From Christensenellaceae bacterium (GTDB lineage Bacteria > Bacillota > Clostridia > Christensenellales > CAG-138): a DNA stretch of 64,000 nt. This document shows positions 1 to 8,110 of this stretch, piece by piece; position 1 is the stretch's first letter; the number at the start of each line of letters is the position of its first letter. Where the stretch lies: NCBI GenBank assembly GCA_963667195.1, contig OY762962.1, positions 1,048,883 through 1,112,882 of the forward strand, written 5' to 3'. The translations under genes and the position numbers were made by a program. The notes under the pieces are model-generated. The model did not search any database, was not told the DNA's origin, and saw nothing but the letters and a program-made list of their open reading frames with translations.

Positions 1-1
1 C

Positions 2-559
2 ATAGAAGCAGGAACCTGGGCACCAAGCGCCTGCAACAATCAGGCGTGGCGATTCATCGTAATCAATGATCGTAGCATTCTTCAGAAACTCTATAAACTT
101 GGCTCAGCCACGTTTGTTAAGGACGCGCATCAGGCGATACTTGTTGTTTATAACAATCAGTCGGACAACCTTGAGTACAGAGATTTCATCCAAAGTGGCG
201 CGGCCACTATTCAGAACATGTGCCTCATGGCATACAGTCTTGGAGTCGCTACATGCTGGGTAAACAATCTTCCTAACAAAGGTGTGTTAAGACGGGAGTT
301 TGGTATCCCCCGTAATTATGATCCGATCGCAATGCTGACGCTTGGGTATCCGCTTAGAGATGTGATTGACAGGCCAAGAAAGAATCCGTTGGATGATCTG
401 ATCTCTTATAACAGGTATGAAACCCATGGACAGGAAGAATATAAGCCTGTTGTTTCGGCATGGGTCAAGAGGATTACGCGAAAGCTCTATAAAGCAGTAC
501 CGTGTAAACCGATCTTCAGAAAAATTGCGGACAAGTTTGAAAAGAAGTTCGATAACTAA
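2..559 (+). CDS. nitroreductase family protein (5' end outside window)
   Basis: The frame is open from the window edge (IEAGTWAPSACNNQAWRFIVIND...) and continuous with ORF 218..559. The sequence pattern is typical of the nitroreductase fold. Confidence 0.8.
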   Translation: MEAGTWAPSACNNQAWRFIVINDRSILQKLYKLGSATFVKDAHQAILVVYNNQSDNLEYRDFIQSGAATIQNMCLMAYSLGVATCWVNNLPNKGVLRREFGIPRNYDPIAMLTLGYPLRDVIDRPRKNPLDDLISYNRYETHGQEEYKPVVSAWVKRITRKLYKAVPCKPIFRKIADKFEKKFDN

Positions 560-625
560 CCGGATAGAGAGCAGTATTGGTGCGATATGTAAAACAAGAA
601 AAAACGTAGGAAGACGCTCAAGAAA

Positions 626-1144
626 GTGCTGAGCCCCGAGATGATATGCTATGCGGTCTTTGGCGTACTTACGACGATTCTGGGCGTTGCTGAGTATCAG
701 ATACTGCTGTATGCGGGTATGGACTACCAATACGCAAATCTGATTTCCCCGATCGTCGAAAAGCTGGCGGCATTTATCAGCAACAAACTACTCGTCTTTA
801 AGGTTCATCCGAATTCTTTTGTCGAATTACAGAAAGAATTCGGACGGTCTGTCGTTGCCTGAGGGGCAACCTTCTTTATTGATTATTTTGGAGTTAATTT
901 TGCGGTCGAAGTGTTGCACGGGGATAAAGTCATCAGTACGTATTTCTTTGCAGCGTTGGTTTTGATACTGTATTACATATTTGGAGAGCCTGTGTTTTCA
1001 AGAAGTAGGATATGGATGCGGGCTCTGACCAAGAAGAAGAACCGTTGGATCAGAAAAAGGCAGAAAACTAATACACATAGCAGGAAACCGTGTCTTCATT
1101 CATACTATGGAACCATTGTTCAAAAGCCTATCCGTACATCCTAG
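626..1144 (+). pseudogene. GtrA-like membrane protein interrupted by an in-frame TGA at 860-862
   Basis: ORFs 626..862 and 911..1144 are in the same frame (911-626=285). The translation reads through as ...FGRSVVA*GATFFIDYFGVNFAVEVL..., matching GtrA-family topology. There is a single stop and no frameshift. Confidence 0.55.
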
Positions 1145-1153
1145 CAAAAGCAA

Positions 1154-2365
1154 TCATTCTTGTTTTTCGAAAAAATTATCTTTCGCAAATTGTCCTTGCT
1201 TATGTTCCGCAATCGCTCTTTTGAACGTCATCATCAGAACTGCTATTAAAATCAAAGGGCAAGTCTGAATCCCAATCGTGCGGACAAGGCTCATATTAAA
1301 CAGCGGCATGAGGAACAATATTTCCAATATGATTAACTCGCTGAGACGAAAGCCGTTACGAGCAAAATCATAGGCAAGCAATACGAGTGGTATCACCAAA
1401 ATGGAAAGATCGTATTGGAGAAAATAGGAAGTTGTTAGCGGTATCCCGATGACGAGCGCGGCACCCTTCAGTGCGAGATTATCGGACTTGCGCCAAATCC
1501 AACATGCCGCAAATAGTACTGCTATCCCGCACACGGCAAGGGCAGCATAGCTGAACAAATCACTCTGGATTAGAATTCTGAAAAATGAGAACAGCGATGG
1601 ATTGATCATTGAGTAGTTGGACCAATTCAGATATCTGTCGGAAGACGTGCTGAAAAAGGAGCTGAAAAAGTTTACCCATGGTCCAATGCCAAATACCAAA
1701 GCCGAGATCGCTGCAAGCACGGTTGCCGAAATAGCCGACCACAGCAGTACTCTCCATTTTTTTGAAAGCAGGAGTAACAAAAACGGGAATATGGCTATCT
1801 GCGGTTTATAGGACAATAGACCGAATATAATTCCAGAAAGTACGGGATTGCTTTCCAGAAAATATAGCCCGAAGCCAATCAACCCTGCACTCAGAAACCC
1901 GTTTTGACCCCATCGAAACGTCCAGTACATACCCGGAAAGCCAAATGCCAATAATGTGAGTTTAGGATATTTCGGAACCAATTTGTAGACCGAAAAAAAC
2001 ACAAATGCAAGCGTAAGTACCAGCCAAGTAATCAACGAAGCATAATACGGTAAATAGGCTAGCGGCACAATTGCCAGTAAAAAAGTAGGCGGATAGGGCC
2101 ACGCCAACGTAAAAGACAACTCGCGCCCAAGAATCTCTTCCAGCCGCTGCTGATGAATCGGATCATGATAGATATTTGCTGTGTCGCCTTCTATGACCAT
2201 TCGGCCGGCCGCATAATAGTCAGCATAGTCAACACCGGTAATATCGTGCTCCTCAACCTTTTTGTCAGCCGTAAGCGACAGATTCCAAACGAACATGCCG
2301 ACAGACAAAAGAAAGAAGAAAACAAGAACAAGCGAAAAGATTTTTATAATTCGTTCCTTATTCAA
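1154..2365 (-). CDS. polytopic membrane glycosyltransferase, GT87/DUF2029-like
   Basis: 403-aa multi-TM ORF. The segment ...YADYYAAGRMV...PYPPTFLL...RWGQNGFL...LSYKPQIAIFP... resembles the DUF2029 mannosyltransferase-like family (recollection, no search run). Confidence 0.65.
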   Translation of the reverse strand: MNKERIIKIFSLVLVFFFLLSVGMFVWNLSLTADKKVEEHDITGVDYADYYAAGRMVIEGDTANIYHDPIHQQRLEEILGRELSFTLAWPYPPTFLLAIVPLAYLPYYASLITWLVLTLAFVFFSVYKLVPKYPKLTLLAFGFPGMYWTFRWGQNGFLSAGLIGFGLYFLESNPVLSGIIFGLLSYKPQIAIFPFLLLLLSKKWRVLLWSAISATVLAAISALVFGIGPWVNFFSSFFSTSSDRYLNWSNYSMINPSLFSFFRILIQSDLFSYAALAVCGIAVLFAACWIWRKSDNLALKGAALVIGIPLTTSYFLQYDLSILVIPLVLLAYDFARNGFRLSELIILEILFLMPLFNMSLVRTIGIQTCPLILIAVLMMTFKRAIAEHKQGQFAKDNFFEKQE

Positions 2366-2381
2366 CGACTTACACCTAACT

Positions 2382-3908
2382 TCATCCTAAAATTTGCCGG
2401 TTTAAAACGGATTGGTTTTTGTAGTATACTGTAAAACCTTCTTCCGACCACGTGGCATCCTTCATGTAGATCGAACCGTAAAAGGTATCGCTTTTGTATC
2501 CCTGGGCAATCAGACACGATATGATCTCCGCAAAATCCTCTTTTTCGTGGTTGGAAACAACCGCAATATCAGGCAAGTTCGATATCATCTCCGGTTCGCT
2601 CATGTAGCCGTTCTGTTTGCTCCACATGTAAAAAGCCTTGTCGCTGTTATAATTGTCAAAAATATTCTCGTCAAAATATGGTTCTATGGCTGTGGTCCAA
2701 ACCCCAAGGCCATATACGGTGCCATCCTCCGGTGTATTCTCCTCTAAAAAAGTCGCTGTTTCTTTCGCCGCCGAATAAGGATTGGATATATCATTTTTCA
2801 CCGAACATACCGACCAGTAAATTTGAACCAGCGCGACGCAAAAAAGCGCACCGAAAAGCAGAAGCTGCTTTTTTTCTTTTGTATACCGAAAGAAATCGTC
2901 ACCGCCAAAGATCCAGAAAGCCTCCATAAGGGTCATGTATAGAATGCCCGCATGGTAAAAATTAAAATGAACGACGGATATAAACACGGTTAGGGTAATC
3001 ACCAGGAACAGCAGCGGCTTCATGCTTTTAAATTCCTTATACAGGAATAGAAGCATGAGAATAAACAAACAGCCGCCCACAATCATGGACAAAGAGGATG
3101 ATGTGGTGCCGACCAGAGAAGCCGCTGCAATCTGAATCCCCTGCGCGATTACGATTAAAGGGTTAAAGTTGGAATCCACGCGAAAGGATAGATCACTCGG
3201 AGGAAAAACGTATAAGACAGTCAGCAGAAAACCAAGAGCAACCGCAGCCAAGCTCCAAAGAGTCGACTTGTGCAGTGTCCCCCGGTCTTTCTCCTTTCGC
3301 AATTTGTAAAGGTCTTTCAGATAAAGAACAAACAGTAACCCGGCAATCAGCAGCGTATAGATACAGATTTGCGACAACAGAAGAAGCGCAATGCTGTAGA
3401 GCCATGGTTTTACAAATCGCTTTTCATAAATGATCGCAACGAAACATAGAGCAGGTAATATCAGGCAATAGCTCCGGGCTACCACGGTAAACTGGTACAA
3501 AACAAAGTAGGTAAACGGGAACGTGATCTTTACGTATGCCGGAAATTTTGATTGGAACAGAAACAGGAGTACACCCAGTGATGAAAAGAAAACCGAGACC
3601 AAATACAAATATTGATATTTGAACCCCGAAAGAATCAACGTTTTGAGGATCAGATGCCACAGGCAAGGCGTACCTTCATATCTGGCGTACTTCACGATGA
3701 TATCCCAATAGGAACTATCCCTTGCAATCAACCAAGCCTGCGCTTCGTCAGCCCAGGGTTCATGATGGCTGCCGGTAAGCGTCGCAAACGATAGAAAGCC
3801 TATAAAAGCAATCGCATAGGCCGCGTTTTGCCAAGTGACATACCGGGCGATCCAGCTTCTCTTTAGGACAGCCATTTCAGCACCCTGATAATACCCATTT
3901 TTGCGCAA
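2382..3908 (-). CDS. large polytopic membrane protein, GT-C-like glycosyltransferase candidate
   Basis: 508-aa ORF with many TM segments followed by a soluble C-terminal domain. An alternative start lies at 3875 (MAVLKR). It sits between the GT87-like and epimerase genes. Confidence 0.55.
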   Translation of the reverse strand: MRKNGYYQGAEMAVLKRSWIARYVTWQNAAYAIAFIGFLSFATLTGSHHEPWADEAQAWLIARDSSYWDIIVKYARYEGTPCLWHLILKTLILSGFKYQYLYLVSVFFSSLGVLLFLFQSKFPAYVKITFPFTYFVLYQFTVVARSYCLILPALCFVAIIYEKRFVKPWLYSIALLLLSQICIYTLLIAGLLFVLYLKDLYKLRKEKDRGTLHKSTLWSLAAVALGFLLTVLYVFPPSDLSFRVDSNFNPLIVIAQGIQIAAASLVGTTSSSLSMIVGGCLFILMLLFLYKEFKSMKPLLFLVITLTVFISVVHFNFYHAGILYMTLMEAFWIFGGDDFFRYTKEKKQLLLFGALFCVALVQIYWSVCSVKNDISNPYSAAKETATFLEENTPEDGTVYGLGVWTTAIEPYFDENIFDNYNSDKAFYMWSKQNGYMSEPEMISNLPDIAVVSNHEKEDFAEIISCLIAQGYKSDTFYGSIYMKDATWSEEGFTVYYKNQSVLNRQILG

Positions 3909-4930
3909 ACGTTGTGGGCGGACATGTTTTTGCGCGACTTGATTTCCTCCTTGTTTTCATGGTAGAAGCGATATGACCGGAAGAGCATCTCCTCATTGCT
4001 GATCGTGGGCGAAAAGCCGAGGCTCGATTTGATCTTAGTCGTATCGAAGACGAAATTTGACGAGATCATTTTGTATTGATAGGGCCCAAGCGGCGAAAGT
4101 CCGAGTAAAAAAGCGACCTTCATTCCCAGAAGCGCGATGCGTATGGGAAAATGCGCCAATTTCGATTTTGAGCCGGATTTGTCTATCACATACTGATAAA
4201 CCTCGTTGAACGTTTTCACGTTGTCCGACCCGATATGATAAACCTCGGTGCGATCATCCGACAGCGCAAGTACACAAGCATTCACTAGGTCTTTAGCATA
4301 GATGAACTGATATCGGTTGGAGCCGTCGCCAACCATCCAGAGTTTTCTTCCCTCGTCAATAAACTCGAACAGAATACTGAGCAAACCCAGTCTTCCTTCA
4401 TCGATTATGGTTGGGCAGCGAATGATTGTGCAGGCAAGTCCTTCCGTATGGAGCAAGATGTTTTCGCCCTTGAGCTTTGATTGCCCGTAAATCTCCACCG
4501 GGTTCGGCGGCTCGTCCTCTTTGACCGGCTCCATGAAATTCTGTGCCCAGAGACAATTGGATGATAGAAAGACGATCTTGCGCACATGGTATTTAGTCGC
4601 CATGTCGGCAACACTCTGTGTACCGTCCACGTTCGATGTCCAGAGCTCTTTGATTTTCTTTTTATCGTGGGCCAACATAGCGGCGCAGTGAAAAACGGCA
4701 TCGATCTGATTCTCGCAGAAGATTTTCTCCAGCAAGTCCCGATTCCGTATATCGCCTTTGATGGAAGTGAAGTTTTCCGAATGGTATGGATCGTCCTCTA
4801 AATCAATGCTGATGCAGGAATGCCCGCTTAAGAGCAGTTCTTTTTTCAAAATTGTACCAAAAAACCCGGCGCCGCCGGTGATTAAAAAAAGGCTCAACTG
4901 GCAACCTCCCGAAACGCATTTCACTGTCAT
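3863..4930 (-). CDS. NAD-dependent epimerase/dehydratase (SDR family)
   Basis: Rossmann motif LITGGAGFFG near the N-terminus and a YxxxK-type SDR layout; 355 aa. Confidence 0.85.
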   Translation of the reverse strand: MTVKCVSGGCQLSLFLITGGAGFFGTILKKELLLSGHSCISIDLEDDPYHSENFTSIKGDIRNRDLLEKIFCENQIDAVFHCAAMLAHDKKKIKELWTSNVDGTQSVADMATKYHVRKIVFLSSNCLWAQNFMEPVKEDEPPNPVEIYGQSKLKGENILLHTEGLACTIIRCPTIIDEGRLGLLSILFEFIDEGRKLWMVGDGSNRYQFIYAKDLVNACVLALSDDRTEVYHIGSDNVKTFNEVYQYVIDKSGSKSKLAHFPIRIALLGMKVAFLLGLSPLGPYQYKMISSNFVFDTTKIKSSLGFSPTISNEEMLFRSYRFYHENKEEIKSRKNMSAHNVCAKMGIIRVLKWLS

Positions 4931-5030
4931 TTTTATACTATATTATACACATGCCGGGATATAAGCAAGAGATAACCATGACTGAAAGCGAGCAAGATGG
5001 AACCGTAGAATAGGTTGTCGGTTTAGGGTG

Positions 5031-5052
5031 TTAGGTGTGCCCGAAAGAATTC
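5031..5052 (-). repeat. partial direct copy of the tRNA-Arg 3' end (att-like)
   Basis: ttaggtgtgcccgaaagaattc here versus tttggcgtgcccgaaaggattc at 5217-5238. That is 19/22 identical, including an exact 11-mer, and it sits on the G+C boundary. Confidence 0.6.
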
Positions 5053-5179
5053 CTCCGCTTTTCCGTCCACTACTCGCTCACACCGCTCGCAGTTTGGCCG
5101 GCTGCGCTCCGCCTGCCGCCAAAAACGCCGACACCGCGGCGTTTTCTTCACGCGGCTCCGAATCCTCTCGAACGATATG

Positions 5180-5221
5180 CCAAAGCCAAAGACCACCCGT
5201 TTGGGTGGTCTTTGGCTTTGG
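5180..5221 (-). other. 19-bp perfect hairpin abutting and overlapping the CCA end of tRNA-Arg
   Basis: CCAAAGCCAAAGACCACCC-gttt-GGGTGGTCTTTGGCTTTGG. There is no U-run on either strand, so it is not a classical terminator. Confidence 0.6.
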
Positions 5222-5295
5222 CGTGCCCGAAAGGATTCGAACCTTCGACCCTCAGAGTCGGAGTCTGATACTCTATCCAGCTGAGCTACGGGCAC
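5219..5295 (-). tRNA. tRNA-Arg (anticodon CCG), CCA encoded
   Basis: The reverse complement folds as a cloverleaf. The acceptor is GTGCCCG/CGGGCAC, the anticodon stem TCAGA/TCTGA with loop CTCCGAC, and the T-arm contains GGTTCGAATCC. Length 77 nt. Confidence 0.9.
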
Positions 5296-5366
5296 ACAGG
5301 ATATGCGATTTTCTCGTGAAAACCCGCGTTGTTGCGGGGGATTTTCCCGCAAAGACGCGAAGCAGA

Positions 5367-6719
5367 TTATACCACAGGTTTCTTCTCGTAGCAATAGGCG
5401 ATCGCCTCGCCGATGGTTGCGACGGGCACGAGCTTGAGCCCCGCAATCTTCGGCGCCTTGGCGGATTTCGGCAGCAGCACGGTGTCGTAACCCAGCCGCA
5501 CGCACTCGTTAAGCCGCGTCTCAATCCGGCTTAATGCGCGCACCTCGCCCGTGAGCCCCACCTCGCCAAGCGCCGCTGTACGCGGCGGAAGCGGCAGATC
5601 CATCATCGCGGAAGCGACGCAGAGCGCAACCGCAAGGTCGGTGCTCCGCTCGTCGAGCCTGAGCCCTCCCACCACGTTGAGGTAGACGTCCTTGGTCGAG
5701 AGCCGCAGATGCGCCTTCTTTTCCAGCACGGCGAGCAACAGGCTCAGCCTTCCCGTATCCACGCCCGCGCTCGTTCTGCGTGGATTGCCAAACGCGTTGT
5801 CGGTGAGTAGAGACTGCACTTCCGCGAGAATCGGGCGCGTGCCCTCCATCGCGCAGGTGACGCAGCAGCCGGGCGCAATTTCGCCGGAGAGAAACAGCCG
5901 CGAAGGATCGGCAACCTCGCGCATGCCGCCGTCGCCCATCTCAAACACGCCAACCTCGTTGGTGGAACCAAAGCGGTTCTTCACCGCGCGCAGCAGGCGC
6001 AATCCCTCATGCCGGTCGCCTTCAAAATACAGTACCGTGTCCACGATGTGCTCCAGCACGCGCGGGCCCGCGATGTTTCCGTCCTTGGTCACGTGGCCTA
6101 CGATCAGCACGATCACGCCGGTTTCCTTGGCGTATCGCGTGAGCCGCGCGGTTGCCGCGCGCACCTGACTGACGCTCGCGGGCGCTCCCGCGCTCTCCTC
6201 GGAGATGATCGTTTGAATCGAGTCCACGATCAGCACGCTGCAACGCGCGTTGGTCGCCTCGTCGATGATCTGGTCAAGATCGGTTTCGCAGAGCACGTCG
6301 ATATCGTTCTTCATACCGAGGCGGTCGGCGCGCATCTTGATTTGGGACGCGCTCTCCTCGCCCGAGACATACAAAACGACGCCGTCTGCCGCGAGCGTAT
6401 CCGCCGCCTGCAAGAGAAGCGTCGATTTTCCGATGCCGGGATCGCCGCCAAGCAGTACCACCATGCCGCGGATGAGTCCGCCGCCGAGCACGCGATCCAG
6501 CTCGCTCATGCCCGCGGAGATTCGCTTTTGCGGCAGCGGCACCACCTTGCTGAGTTTTTGCGAAACTGCGGTTCCCGCGGGCGCGCTATTTTTCACCTTG
6601 ACCTCGGCAAACTCGGTCATGGTGTTCCAGCTGTCGCACTGCGGGCATTTGCCCATCCACTTGGCGGACTCGTAGCCGCATTCGCCGCAGATATAGGTGA
6701 CGCGATCCTTATTCGCCAT
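5367..6719 (-). CDS. radA: DNA repair protein RadA/Sms
   Basis: N-terminal zinc ribbon (CGECGYESAKWMGKCPQCDSWNT), Walker A motif GDPGIGKST and a Lon-like C-terminal domain; 450 aa. Confidence 0.95.
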   Translation of the reverse strand: MANKDRVTYICGECGYESAKWMGKCPQCDSWNTMTEFAEVKVKNSAPAGTAVSQKLSKVVPLPQKRISAGMSELDRVLGGGLIRGMVVLLGGDPGIGKSTLLLQAADTLAADGVVLYVSGEESASQIKMRADRLGMKNDIDVLCETDLDQIIDEATNARCSVLIVDSIQTIISEESAGAPASVSQVRAATARLTRYAKETGVIVLIVGHVTKDGNIAGPRVLEHIVDTVLYFEGDRHEGLRLLRAVKNRFGSTNEVGVFEMGDGGMREVADPSRLFLSGEIAPGCCVTCAMEGTRPILAEVQSLLTDNAFGNPRRTSAGVDTGRLSLLLAVLEKKAHLRLSTKDVYLNVVGGLRLDERSTDLAVALCVASAMMDLPLPPRTAALGEVGLTGEVRALSRIETRLNECVRLGYDTVLLPKSAKAPKIAGLKLVPVATIGEAIAYCYEKKPVV

Positions 6720-6720
6720 A

Positions 6721-7878
6721 TCAGTCGCTCACCCGGATGTATTTCCAGAGGATTTGATTTGGATCGCTCAGATCGCGCCAGAGGGCGTAATCCTCGCCCG
6801 CCATGACGAACTGCGCGTTGGAACCCGTCTCGCTGATGAGGTATGTTTTATCGTCCGCAAAGACGTAGGCATACACCGTTTCGTCGCGGCTGAATACCAC
6901 GCAGCTCTGCGTGATGTCAAAGTCGATCACGCCGCTGGCAATCTTCTTGGGTGCGCCGCCGCCAACGCTGACGTAGAGGTCGCTGTTTGCGTCGTGGTTT
7001 CCGCTGAGGTATGCCCAACGGTCGCCCGCGCTCTTGGGATCATGCACAAAGCTGCCCGCCGAGAAGTCCCAGCGGCTGTTATCGGAGAGCAGTACCGTGC
7101 GAATCAGGCTGCTGCCGGGGTTCTTCATGTCCGCGTCCGCATAGATCACCTGTCCGCTCTTGATCGAGGGCGCGCTCTCGGCATAGGCTGGGCTGTTGAG
7201 CACCGCAAGGGTGAGCAGTTCTCCGCTCGTCACGTCGCAGACCATCACCTTCGCGGTGGAGCCGTCGGTGCGCTCCGTCCAGACCGCGTAGGGCGATTCA
7301 AACAGGATCTTCGGGGTCTCCAGCGCATATTCCGCCAGGACCGCGGTCTCTCCCGTCGCTTTGTCGAGCTTGATGATGCTGCCGCCGCCCGCCGTCTTGC
7401 AGTCCGCGTACAGAATCACACTCTCGTTCTCCACGGGATAGCGAATCGTGTCGTTGAGGCGCGTGAGCGCGATGTTGGTAAACGCGCCCGTCTCGGGATT
7501 GAGGCGAACGAGCCTGTCGCAGGCGTTTTCGCTGGCGCCCGTCGCAAAGAGAATCTCACCCGCAAACACGCTGGGGTCGACCACCGCGGTGGGCAGCCCG
7601 TACCCTTCGCCGAACTGCACCGTCTTGACCTCGCGTGTCAAAATCGCGTTCTGCGGAGCGGAGGTCTTCCCGGCGGGCTCCGATGCGGGAGCGGCGCTGC
7701 CAAAAAGCGGCGCGCCGGATTCAATCCGCGCGTTGACGAGCGGCATTGCGACAAACACCACGAGCAACACGAGGGCAGCCAGCACACAAAGAGCGATGAT
7801 GAGCTTGATCAGCGGCCCATAACTCGTCGCGTCCAGATTCACCCTGCGTTTCGGGGTATAACTTAAGTTCTTATTCAT
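6721..7878 (-). CDS. signal-anchored hypothetical protein (beta-propeller-like), translationally coupled to radA
   Basis: N-terminal TM segment (LIKLIIALCVLAALVLLVVFVAM) followed by a repetitive beta-rich domain. Its stop TGA is 1 nt from the radA ATG. The start is uncertain (7878, 7896 or 7923). Confidence 0.6.
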   Translation of the reverse strand: MNKNLSYTPKRRVNLDATSYGPLIKLIIALCVLAALVLLVVFVAMPLVNARIESGAPLFGSAAPASEPAGKTSAPQNAILTREVKTVQFGEGYGLPTAVVDPSVFAGEILFATGASENACDRLVRLNPETGAFTNIALTRLNDTIRYPVENESVILYADCKTAGGGSIIKLDKATGETAVLAEYALETPKILFESPYAVWTERTDGSTAKVMVCDVTSGELLTLAVLNSPAYAESAPSIKSGQVIYADADMKNPGSSLIRTVLLSDNSRWDFSAGSFVHDPKSAGDRWAYLSGNHDANSDLYVSVGGGAPKKIASGVIDFDITQSCVVFSRDETVYAYVFADDKTYLISETGSNAQFVMAGEDYALWRDLSDPNQILWKYIRVSD

Positions 7879-8110
7879 ACGTTTCACGCCTTTCATTTTA
7901 CCGCACGCGCGAGGCCCGGTCAACGAAAGAAAGCGTGAACGAATGCCGAAGCGCGCGCGAATCGGCGCGATTTTTCAGCGCTTGTGATTCGTGCTTTTGT
8001 GCGCCTACAAAATATGGTATCATGATGGATAATGATATACGCTGAAATCAAAAGATTCTCAACGTCGTCATAGTGTTTTTACCCGAATTCATCCAAAAAG
8101 GAATTTTTCA

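Larger units (their letters stand above)
1..5030. mobile_element. candidate low-G+C genomic islet carrying cell-surface glycosylation genes; extends past the window start
   Basis: Spot G+C counts are about 40% here versus about 60-65% from 5.1 kb onward. The composition boundary coincides with a partial copy of the tRNA-Arg 3' end at 5031-5052. No integrase lies within the window. Confidence 0.4.

Noticed and set aside
5023-5534. ORFs 5023-5505 (-), 5028-5534 (+) and 5035-5268 (+), which span the tRNA-Arg region.
   Set aside because: They overlap a tRNA and terminator hairpins, have no RBS, and their composition is typical of random high-G+C frames.
7924-8110. Expected an SRP RNA (ffs/scr), which sits upstream of dnaX in many Firmicutes.
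   Set aside because: No helix-8 motif (GGAAGCAGC with a GNRA loop) or Alu-domain features on either strand. The region looks like an ordinary divergent promoter region.
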